Shown one piece after another: positions 26,982 to 41,170 of a DNA stretch of 64,000 nt. Source of the stretch: the human T2T-CHM13v2.0 reference genome, Homo sapiens; NCBI RefSeq assembly GCF_009914755.1, contig NC_060936.1; one strand, given 5' to 3'. The position numbers and the translations under genes were made by a program. The notes under the pieces are model-generated. The model did no database searches, was not told the DNA's origin, and worked only from the letters and a program-made list of their open reading frames with translations. Within the stretch, counting starts at the first letter, position 1, and every line of letters starts with the position of its first letter.

Positions 26982-27231
26982 TAAATGTATTTACAGAACT
27001 ATTCCTGCATAAGTTATAATTCAGACATCCAAATTCAGGTAATTGCCTCTTGGGTAATAAGACAAATAATGATAGTCTCAACAGAAAAAAAGCAGCTCAT
27101 TAGTATACACACAGATTCTAATTTGCTTCATTATTTAGCCATCTTTGCCACAAACTACCTGCTAACAGTTAAAATTCTGACATGGACACGTTTTAGTTGA
27201 GAAGTTCAATTTTGCAAAGAATTTAATTTTA

Positions 27232-27237
27232 AATAAA
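27232..27237 (+). terminator. RAD9B: Candidate distal RAD9B poly(A) signal AATAAA
   Basis: AATAAA followed ~25 nt later by a GU/U-rich element (catgttttgtttc). Confidence 0.5.
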
Positions 27238-28091
27238 TAGAATCCAAATATGTCCTGCTTCATGTTTTGTTTCATAAGCAGATTTTGGTTTTTTGATACT
27301 GTAAAATTTTTAAAATGCAAAAATGTGATACAGTTTCCAGAGAAACTGAATGCTGTAGCTTCTACCAAAGATAGCTGGTATTAAGGTGACCTAAAGAACC
27401 ATGAACTCATCCAAAGTACAAACGTTTACAATTCGAGCCAATCTTGTTTACATTCTCTCAAACACTCAAAGCTGACTCAATAAATTCCCACGATTCCTGC
27501 CTAACTTGTTACTTGGTATGGTGGGCTAATGGTACTGAAGGTGGTTTCCATCTCCGGGCTACTGTCCTATCCAGAACACACGCAGCTGATAGAGGAGAGG
27601 ACGCTCTCCCATCATGCAAAGCTTGAAACCCAGTTTCTAATCTAGACACAGCCCAACCCCCAGACATGCATACCTGGAATGGATTCTTTTGTGATTTAGT
27701 ACCCAACAACCATGTCAAGCAAGTACAGTAACTCAGGACAAATAACTTGTTCCCCCTGCATCCCATTTCTTTTAGTTTTTAGAGCCTATGGACTCTACTG
27801 CATCTCCATTTGGTAAATTTTTTTTTTTTTTGTGCGCAGGCAGCTTAAGTTCATAGGAAGAAATAAGGTTCTGATATGTTTAGAGTGCACATTTTAAAAC
27901 AACAAAATAAAAATTTCAAGCATGTGATAAAAATATTGATTTTTATAATACAGTATTGCTTTATAAATATAGATGGAAAAGCTATAAACTTTACTGGTCT
28001 TTGGTGCATCCAGAGAGGGATAAATAATTTGCCATTTGTAAATTAGAAATCCAAATTTTTTCTTTTGTTATAAAAGTCCATTACATGAGGC

Positions 28092-28109
28092 GTGTGTGTG
28101 TGTGTGTGT
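28092..28109. repeat. (GT)n microsatellite in the PPTC7 3' UTR (CA repeat in the mRNA)
   Basis: Direct reading. Confidence 0.9.
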
Positions 28110-30730
28110 TGCTTAAAATATAATTAACACACACATCAGGTTCAGAATCAGACCCACCAAGTGGTACAGCACAGTAACAACCCATGGAAGCTTGGGTCTG
28201 TGACCTGGAAAATTCTACTATGGGTCCAACACAGCCTCTGACCACTGAGAGTAGGAGAGATACTTGTTAAGCAGCACTCCAGCTGACCCCCCCGGCAGTC
28301 ATAAAATTAAGTGCATAACACAAAAAGAACAGGGGAAAATAGAGAAAATATTTTATGTCACTAATCTATAGGCCAGATCCAAAGCCAATTCCACTGTGAA
28401 ACTCAATTCTTGCCCCCACTACTTTCAGTATCACTGGAACAAACACATCGTCAATTTCTAACAATCGTTTCTCAAAAAGGTAAGCTGAGTAAATAAGTTG
28501 TATAAAACACCACCAATCTAGCTTTACAAAGATTGTGTTTGACGGGTTAAATGAGAGCAGAGAAAAACCAGAAACTTGACGAGCACTGCTCTTACCAGGA
28601 ATTAAATGTAGGCGTTGGAAAATGAATGCAAAATATATCCAGATCATAAGGCTACATACTCTTACCAAAAATAATTGAAAACCTAAACAAAAGAGCTGAA
28701 GTTGTCAGTCCTAATATAAATGTATTCATTCTAACAAAACCCTTCTGGATGCAACTTTCTTTACTTTTTAAATACACAGAGACTGCAAATAGTTTGTGCA
28801 AAATAAATACCCCGCCACTTGCCACTCATGCTTCTGTGTTTTATCATAGCATGATGATTTCTCCTTAAATAGAGACTCCGTCCAGACCCCCCACCCCGCC
28901 CCCACCGCGTCTACCAAAGAATTCTGTTTTGTCAAGTTAGGGTAGTTAAGGCATTCTGACATGTAATTAAAGGTGATTCAAAATAGATTATCTAACATTA
29001 TGCCAATTTAGGAATAGTAGATAAATTACTGAACGGCTTACAAATGAATAACTCATTCTTATTATAAATGAAATGCCTGTTACAAGCATGATGCATTGAA
29101 ATATAGTAATGACATGTACATGGTACATGTTAAACAATTTTAAATAAAAGCCTGACAGTTACTCAAATATACAGTACAAATTCACAAAACAAAATCTTTT
29201 AAAACAAGTTGAGGTAACCTCAAACATAAATTTTAATGCAATAAACCAGGGAGTCAGTATCTCCTTTAGAGAAAGACTTTCTATATTCTCAAGTAGATTC
29301 TCATCAGGTTTAATTGCATTCTCATCTATACACCAATGTTACCTGACTTATATATAAAACATGGCTTTAATTTAAGGATTTCTAAGTATATATTTTTTTC
29401 TACCACCAAGTTAATGAAGGAAAAAAACTGACCCAAAAATATATATCTTTACAGCAGTCAACTTGTACACAAAACTTAAAAATAAGTTTCAGCTTGCAGA
29501 TAATGTGAAAACTGAATGCGGGGTAGTTTTGTAAGGAAACTATACACTGCAAAATGGCTATTTGGAAACTGTAAACATTAAGCTTGATTCAGAAACCCCT
29601 AAATTTCCATGTGGGGTAATTGTAAATGTCAGATCATCACTGGGAGTTTTCCTCATGGACGTCTGTGCTGCTGCCGCTGCGCACACAGTGCTCTCTCCAC
29701 ATGGACTCACTGGATTTGGTGCATGCTCTATAGAAAGCAAGGCTACTAATAAAAGGTCTGAGAGTACGAGTATGGGTAGGTAGCATGACCACTGAAAGCC
29801 AACAAAATTCAAAGTTACAGCTGTCTGTTCTCAACCCTTCAGGCCTTGGGACCTAGAGTTCCCATTCAGGGGCATTCTATCAGACAACTAGGAGGAATTT
29901 CAGCCATAACAATTAAATTTCTAGGCTTTGAGGGGTTTTACAACCTTGAGTATTATTTCCATAAAAAAATACTGGTAAAGTGTCTCCCCTACCCCTCCTG
30001 GAGATCAGGCCTTAGCCTGTGATTTGGACTAATCAATAAACTGCCAAAACTTTAACCACAGGAACACAAACATCTTTTTAAAAGCATGAAATATTTCCAT
30101 CCATAGAACTAAAATGGATTTTTCTCCCGATTTGTAACAAAAAAGCTTTTGGGATCAAAACTGTATAACCCAGAGCAATGTTTTAGAGCAGAATCATAAG
30201 CCCCTGAAAAATAGGAGTTTATAACAAAGACATAAAGCCACACCAATCATCATAACAAAGACTATGCCTGTGGAGTACACATGTAACATTTCTTTTGATG
30301 AATAATGTATGTTTCTAGTAGATGTATCATTACGTACAATTTGTGTTAGACTTGTACCATCCCTTTAGCATACTAGGATTTTGAATTCACTTTACCAACA
30401 TTACTCATTTTCAATACTTCAACTACTTTGAAAAGTAACAGCCACGGTGGCACTGAACACCTCCATCCCCATCATGGAAAGAACATCGAGAAATGAAGGC
30501 CAATCTTCAAATATTGGATCTCTTCAATTGCTGCCGGCAGATATGAGCTAGTGAATGATAGTAGTGGTTCTCAACAAAGATCTCAACGAGTCTCAAGAAG
30601 ACAGGCAAAAGACTTACATCACTGGCCATTGAGATCAGTGGCAAAGAAATGTGGTCCTGCCAGCAGGATCAGCACACATGGCAGGGGAAATTTGGGATGA
30701 TGAAAGGAAAGGCAGGACTTGACACCTCAG

Positions 30731-30789
30731 CTAGTCTGTATACTCAGCCACTATTGAAAGAAGGACGGTGATGTCATCTGGCTTTCCAC
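30731..30789 (-). CDS. PPTC7: PPTC7 last coding exon (exon 6): (G)GKPDDITVLLSIVAEYTD*
   Basis: Acceptor ttgtag|GT on - strand; PP2C C-terminal DDIT metal-binding motif; TAG stop. Confidence 0.97.
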
Positions 30790-31837
30790 CTACAATGAAA
30801 ATGAGAACCTATCAGTATATTTTAAAAGGAAAAGTCAATAAAAAATGTGTACTTAAATTAAGTACTAGGAGACAAATGCTTGCATTCCAGGCAGTTTTGG
30901 TTTGTCAGTATACCCTAGTAGAATAAAGAAAAAAATATTTGATTAAAAAAAAACAGTTAAACAAAACTCCAAGAAATTACATGAAACTGAAGCTTAAAAA
31001 AAAAAATCTTCCCTGCTCCTTTACAACAGGAGCTCTATTCAAACAGCCACCACACCCTCTGTTCACATCAATCACAGTGAATCTGACGAGAAAGTTACAT
31101 GCTTCTATACCCACAATCCTAATTTAGACAGACATATCCAATGTTTTGAAACTAGGAATAGCCTTGTATTCTAATCTGCCAAACAGCTATGGCATGCACT
31201 TTTTCTATTTTAACATTTTTTGGAGGACTAAGAAATGTTTCACATGTCATAAAATTATACCAACAAGAAACTAATTCTACTAGCTCTGATATGCTAGCAC
31301 CAACATGTCCCAGCCCTGAGACGGAGCCACTGGCCTGCTCCCAAAGTCACACATCATGCTGTAGATAGGACAAGTCTTCAGTCAAGGGCAGTTTCACATT
31401 GCTTCCCTCTTCAAACCCTGCTGTGGCAATTTGTCAGGCAAATACTGTTGAGTCCCACAAAGCCAGAGGAAGGGAGAAGCGAAATGTCAGACACGTGAAA
31501 GGCTGAATGTTAAACTGTTAGGAATGTCCACGCACTCTGGGCAGAGCTCGGAAGCCTTTTGGGTTCAGGTCCAAGCATTGCGGTGGCGGCAATAAAGGGC
31601 TTCAGGTTCCACCTGCCTCTGCCGCCAATGAGGTTCAGTTCTGAAGGGCATGCTGTGTGGGGAAGACATGACGAAATGCACTTGCTCTCATCCTCCTGAC
31701 CTTGCTGAAAGCCACAAGTGCACAGTTTGGGGGCTGGGAGAGGACACCTCCACAGTCTCACCCAGAGCCCAGAATGCTCCACTCTACTGACACCATGTCC
31801 CCAGTCAGTCCCTATGACCTTCCCAAAGAATGCTTAC

Positions 31838-31967
31838 CTCTCACATTCAATCCATTGTCACATGCAAACTGTGCAAAAGGTGACATATAATTTGGGTCAT
31901 AGGCCAGCTCATGAGCTTGCTCAGCAATGCTTCTGGCAGTCTGTTGTATACTCTCATAATTTGAATT
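31838..31967 (-). CDS. PPTC7: PPTC7 exon 5: [43 protein letters not shown](G)
   Basis: Acceptor tcttag|AAT, donor AGAG|gtaagc; 130 nt, phase 0 to 1; PTC7-family SPFA motif. Confidence 0.97.
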
Positions 31968-33515
31968 CTAAGATAAAGCATGAGGAAGTTATTTTACCAT
32001 AATGCTCAAGACAGTAACATTTATCTAACCACCTTTTCCATCATGTAAGTTTTATTCTAGTTAGAAAAGACATTAAAACATCATGCCCTGGCTAATATGA
32101 ACAAGACTCCAGTGCTGCCTGCACAAGGTATCAATCAGAAAGTCCTTTGCTTTGGTGGCCTTAAGCCCTAAAGTTTGGATTTTCATTTTTGCTTTTTTTC
32201 CCATTTGAAATTCTTAAGGTATTCTTGCTAAAATAGGATGAACTGAAAAGGCAGATTCTGATAGCCTTTGAAGGATACCTCAAAAGCTTCCTTGCTTAGG
32301 AACACAGCCTGGCCAACCCCAGTTTGCTCTCCAAGAGCTACCAGTTGCTCTAGTGAAAATACCTTCAGAATTTTATATCAGGAAGAGATTCCTGTCGAGC
32401 TGTGAAATCTTGGGCCATACCTTTATCCTTGCTGCTCCAACTTCCTCATCTGCAAAACGGGGATGGGAACACGAGGTCCACTTCAGCTCTAGTTTCAGTA
32501 TAATGACAGGTCTCTGCTTCAATGTCACCTCCTCAAAAAGGCCCTTCCTGACCAATCTATCTAAAGTAGTAGCAGTCCCTTCTACTCTCTATTCCCTTAT
32601 CCAGCTTTGTTTTTCTTATTTAGCACCCACATTACATCATAGATTTACTTCCCTGTATTTATCTATTTTCCTCCACTAGGATGTAAGTTCCATACAGGTA
32701 GGGACTGTGTAGATTCTGCTCACCACTGTGTCACCACACAGAGCACGGTGCCTGTGACAAGGAAGCACCTCACACTGACTGCACTCCACAGACAAGGCGT
32801 GGCGCTAAGGAGTTCCTACACAGGGCTGTAGTTAATCCTCACTGCAACCCTATAAAAGAGGATCTTTAGGATGCCCCATTTTATATGAAGAAAATACTGC
32901 TTAAACAGTTTTAAGAAACCCTCAGATCTCAGCAACTTCAATAAATAATAAAAAAAAGAAAGAAACGTACCCAAAGTCATACTGGTTAGAGGTAAAGACT
33001 CATGAGAAAAAGACTCATTTTTCCCAGAGTATGTTCACAAAGCCAGGAAAAAATTGAAAGCCTAGTTTCACCTCCTTCCTCTATGGGAGAAACCCATACT
33101 ATTTGGTTACTGGTGGCAGCTCAGGTCACACTGAGGCTTCCAGTGGCCTGCTGCCTTTGGCTGGCTCTGGCATGACTATTTCCTGTCTTTGCCTGATTCA
33201 ACACCTGCTGGGTGTTAGAAGAATAAAAGGAGAAACAACCAGGACCCGACACCATTAAAATATAAATAAAGATACAAACAAGAAATGCCCTCCATCTAGA
33301 CTTTTCCTACTTCTACCAGCCTATGAAAACCTTGGGTAGGAAGCTTCTTTTTCCAAGTGCTCTAATTATTTGAAAGACCAGAGCTATTATTATTTTCCTG
33401 AAATTCACAAAATAGTTCTTTCCAAAACTACAAAGAGATAATGCAACTGAATCCATAAAACTCAGCTATCCAGAGAGGGCCACTTTTCCCAAGAGCTAAC
33501 CTTTGAGTTAATTAC

Positions 33516-33639
33516 CTTTAACTTTTTTAGCTCCTGAAGAATCATATAATCAGGCATGTTGTCAAAGAGTCCATCTGTTGCCGTCAGGATAATGTCTCCT
33601 AGCTGGACATCGAAAGACGTGCTATCAGCAGCATCCGGA
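33516..33639 (-). CDS. PPTC7: PPTC7 exon 4: (S)[41 protein letters not shown]
   Basis: Acceptor ccacag|T, donor AAG|gtaatt; 124 nt; PP2C TDGLFD motif; overlaps ORF 33462..33665. Confidence 0.97.
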
Positions 33640-33952
33640 CTGTGGCAAGGACAGGGGAGGGACAAAGTTAAGAAGGCCCTTTACAGATGAGTTGAAAATG
33701 TCCTACAGGCACTATTTTACAATGTAATAAGCTTTCTGCAAGAAAAACTGATTTATCATAATGGAGTCAATTTTTAAAAAAAGTCATTCTGAAATTCCCA
33801 ACTCTGAAAAAAGTTAATCGAAAATTCTAATATAAATGTTTCAAATTTTTAACTGAAACTACCGAGTAAAACCAAGTCTGATGATTAGTCACAAGTGGCT
33901 GAGAAGGAGGGAGGAAGGGTCCTCTTCTGAGTCAGATCTAACACACCTCTAA

Positions 33953-36477
<2,525 letters not shown>

Positions 36478-38666
36478 TCACTAAACTTTTTTGTGTACAA
36501 CTCTTGAAAAAAAAAACAGATGGAAGATCTTTTTCTCTGACAATGCCTGATGAAAACAGACATAAAAATGGGGGAAAACCCCGGGTGGGGAGAAAAGATC
36601 CTATATTCAGAGATCATGGCCTCCTGAGGCTGGTTCTTGGCGACTTCTTAAGGCCAGTTTCCCTCCTTCCAGGCCTCCCTGGGGAGGGAAAGGTGAGATC
36701 TGATAATCCGCCTTAATCTGTAATTAAGGAACAAGAGCCAGGAAAGCAAATCAGATACCGACCCGGAAGGGAGGCACCAGATCCAAAGCACCCTAAGCTC
36801 CACGGAAAAACCCCAACACTTGTGTAAGCAACATGTGACAACATTTGTGAAGAGAAAGCATAAAAACTAACAAACAAAAGCACACATGCCTATGAGGATT
36901 CACACTAAATGCACTCAGAAAATTTCTGGTTCATCTTCACTTGACTGAGGAAAAAGGTGGCACATGTAAAGTTCTGCCATGTGCTGCTGCAGGGAACCGA
37001 CTTTCACTTACATATTTAGATAATCAACATTTTGTAAAAATGTCTACTAAAGGAAAACCTGTAAGTTAAGGTTAAAATAATATTCTGTAGATAAGAGGGA
37101 CCATTAACTAAGGAGATACATGCAGCATGAAAAAAAAAAAAGGGAAAAAGACTGTAAAACTGGGGGAAATCAGGTCAATTCTTTCTGTGGAATAAAGAGA
37201 AAACAATGCAAGACGCTCTCATCTGCTCAGCCTTTGAAAGCTAATCAGATTCTAGAAGTGTAGATTAATGACCAGGTTGGCACTGAAGCTCTGTTTTATG
37301 CTGAGGTTTTTCTTTCCCCAGAAGTGTCCTTTGCTATTCTGTCTGTGAGAGTCTTGCTCCCATTGGACAGTTCGTCCTCTCCTAACACTCCCACCCATGA
37401 GCTTGGTGTTCTGCCAGCTGCAGTTTTGCCCATTTTGATTGAACATACTGTGCTGCTGGAAACTTTTGACCGCACTGAAACATGAGCTGAAATCACATGC
37501 TAGCGAGCTGTCTCTGGGCTCTAGGGGAAGCCACCTCCACCTCGCTGGCATGCCGGCAGAGTACTGCCCCAACCTGTCTGTCCCACAGACAGTGTGTGAG
37601 ATATGGCAGGGCTGCTTTGGTGCTTGGAAGCCCAACAAGAAGAATCAAATGAAGAAAAAATTGAAGCACCAGTCTCCAAAAACTGTGATCTGAGCTTGGG
37701 CTCTACGGAGGCCTTGGGGTTCAGAGTTCTCCCCACTCCAGTGTGGCTAACAATAATGTAGATTACAGCCAACTTTAGAAGGGCCTAGAATCAAATACTC
37801 TTCCAATTATGGTCACCCGCCTACTTTTACTTTTTACTTTTGGATTTAGACTGGTGACCATAATTGGAAGAATATTTAGACTTTTACCGGTAAAAGTTAC
37901 TTTTACTGCTAAATTTTTAGATGGGCAATGCTGAACATTTAATTACATAACATGCTCGTTCCAGTTTAAAAGATGGCAATAATAATTCATTTTATCTTAG
38001 TTTGGACCTAAGAGATGGTTTAATGAGAGCTATTAAGTAGAGACAAGTACTTGCTAGAATGCTTCTATTTTTACAAAAGGTTCATTGTCCATTAATCAAC
38101 ATTTATGAATTGCCAGTGATGTTTGTGCCAGGTCCTATAAAGCTATAAGATTGTTAAAGACACTGAAATCTGAGGCTTTGCCTTACTCTGGACACTCATC
38201 TAAGAAAAGATAAACTGTAAAAGTCAACTCAAAAAAAGCACCATTTTGGCTGGGTGCAGTGGCTCATGCCTGTAATCCCAGCACTTTGGGAGGCCGAGGC
38301 GGGTGGATCACGAGGTCAGGAGTTTGAGACAAGCCTGGCCAACATGGTGAAACCCTGTCTCTACTAAAAATACAAAAATTAGCCAGGCATGGTGGCGGGC
38401 ACCTGTAATCCCAGCTACTTGGGAGGCTGAGGCAGGAGAATCGCTTGAACCAGGAGGCGGAGGTTGCAGTGAGCTGAGATCATGCCATTGCACTCCAGCC
38501 TGGGCAACAAGAGCAGGACTCTGTCTCAGAGAAGGGGCGGGGAAAAAAAGCAGCATCTTGGAACGTTCTTGACAATTTAAAAGTGAACTGAGAAAAGATG
38601 TGAGAAAGAAAAAGAGAACACCTCAATAACATTATCAAAGAACATATCCAAGACCACTTTTTTTAA

Positions 38667-39005
<339 letters not shown>

Positions 39006-39573
39006 TGAACTCCTGGCCTCAAGTGATCCACCCGCCTCAGCCTCCCAAAGTCCTGGGATTACAGGCGTGAGTCACCGTGCCCAGTCACTTAAGACCATTT
39101 TGACTCCATTTCCTGCAAGTTCTATTTGATGCATGTAGTAAGAGGTCTAGAGAATCAGGAAGTTACTCCAATAAATAACGCAGATGTCTGTTTGTGCTCT
39201 TCCCTAACAATGTATGCAAAATCTTGTACAAGCAATGGCATGCATGAACAATGACTCATTTCTCCAGCACAATTTAATAAAGTACTGTATGTACCATGTG
39301 GTGTTGATATGAAAAATTGATATTCTGTAAGCCTGAAATAGTATTTTCATGGTCTTGTCAAATTATTGGGTATTTATCAGAATTCCACTTAGCTAGATTA
39401 TCTAGTTCCAGAAAAGTATCTTTCAAAGTTAAACTAAAAGGTCCTCTTGATGAGAACATTCTCAGTGTATTCTTTTCATGGAAATGCCTACCTCACTGCA
39501 CTCAAGGGGGACAGGAGGGGACTATGAATGAGCCACGTCCTGCTCACACTTAATGGCTGAGAGGGGAGATTAC

Positions 39574-39772
39574 CTGTCGCTCAAGACGACTCCCTCGGCT
39601 TCAGGGGGAGCGATTGAGAGCTGGAATGGAGTGTTGAAGTAATGCTGCTGCTCATCTGATCGGTGCACGACTTCACCACCCCTGACAACCAGGAAGCCTG
39701 AATCGCCCAGGTTTGCTGTGTGTAAGCGGTGGCTGGTTCTGTCCAGCACCACAATGCAGGCGGTGCTGCTAC
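39574..39772 (-). CDS. PPTC7: PPTC7 exon 3: (G)[65 protein letters not shown](S)
   Basis: Acceptor ttctag|GT, donor ACAG|gtaatc; 199 nt; PP2C GSSTA and ANLGDS motifs; ORF 39570..39782. Confidence 0.98.
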
Positions 39773-40499
39773 CTAGAAACAAAAATCATCTCCATTTATT
39801 TTTTCTTCCTAGGCTGCCTTTGCACACACATTTTAACACATGACCCCACAGAGCAACACACCATAATTTCAATCTCCTTTGCCTAAACAGGACCTTTCTT
39901 AGTTATGCTCCACATCCTCTACGAATATCAATAAAATCCTGATCAGGGTTAACACGGTGGGGAAAGAAAAAGGATTTGTATTATACATAGTAATTGGGCC
40001 ACAGATGATCTGAATTCTTCCATTTGCATTGACAGAAAGCAATAAAAATGACTGGTATTTAATCACACTATTTCATTTCAACAGTGCTGTCATCTATGCC
40101 AAATGCTCAAAAACATGTTGTTGAGATATTAAGTTTTAATACTTCAATGCCAGAATGAAAATGTTACATTTTCCCGACATTTCTTATTAGTCATTGGCCA
40201 CAAAATTCACTCACATTTAAGACAGGGCACATAACTACAATTTTAAACCAGATTTCCATCTGTTGAGGTCAGGAAGAACTTTTATTGGAGACTAATGACT
40301 CACTCACTATGAGGTAACAAGACCAAATTTCTGCAGGCAGCTTGTGGAATCAACCTGTTCATTCGACAGAGACTCTGGGCAAAGAACTCTGCATAGCTTT
40401 GCTGTGCACGGGCCACAGAATCTTCCCTAGACTGAAAGGCTAATGGCACAACTAGCAGAGACCACTCTCAAGTACTAACAGTTAAACCTACCTACCGCC

Positions 40500-40930
40500 A
40501 CCAGAAAAATGGCAACATAGAAAAACAGGCAGTTCACAAAGAAATAAGTGTAGATGATCTGTAAATATATGAAAAAATGACCACCTCACTAGTAACGCTT
40601 TTCACCTATTAGTTTAACACGAGTCAAAAGAAGATAATGCATATTGTTGGCAAAGTGTAGGGAACATGCCCACTGCACAGAACATTCATTCTGCGGGAGT
40701 GAAAAGTAAAAGTAAACAACTTTCCTGGAGCGCAAGATAGCCCGGAAAAATGTACCTCCTTTCATCTAGCAATTCCATCTCTGAGAATTTACGCTAAGAA
40801 AATAATTAGAAGGGCAAACAAGACTTAAGTACAAAAATATTACTTAAGATGAGAAAGAACTGGAAACAATCTAAACATCTAAAATAAGGGACTGGTTAAA
40901 TAAATTACAGTACATCCATACAGTGCAAAG
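40500..40930 (+). mobile_element. Old L1 (L1ME-like) fragment
   Basis: agcaattccatctctgagaattta, ctggaaacaatctaaacatc, ggactggttaaataaattacagtacatccata. Confidence 0.55.
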
Positions 40931-40949
40931 ATACACCATCACGTAATAC

Positions 40950-41170
40950 TCAGGAGTACAGGCTCTGGAGTCAGCCTGCTTCCTGCCTGTGTCTGAATCC
41001 CAGCTCTGCCACTTCCCAGCTCTGTGATGGGGCAAACTACTTAACCTCTCTGTGCCCCAGTTTCCTCATCCACAAAAACAGGGATAACAGTAAGTACCTC
41101 ATAGAATTTTTCTAAGAATTAAAATTAGTTAAGTCATGTCAAACCCTTATAACAGATAGTGTTGGCTATT
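40950..41170 (+). mobile_element. MIR element
   Basis: ggctctggagtcag...gaatcccagctctgccactt...cttaacctctctgtgccccagtttcctcatc. Confidence 0.75.

Larger units (their letters stand above)
26940..30730 (-). other. PPTC7: PPTC7 3' UTR (~3.8 kb; 3' end approximate)
   Basis: Runs from the TAG stop (30731-30733) to the paired poly(A) signals; no Alu; AU-rich. Confidence 0.75.

Noticed and set aside
27444-29834. Short ORFs on both strands within the PPTC7 3' UTR
   Set aside because: No recognisable domains or splice context; lengths are consistent with chance.
30630-30733. Possible stop-codon readthrough extension of PPTC7
   Set aside because: The context is UAG-CUGA, not the established UGA-CUAG motif, and the extension has no recognisable signal.
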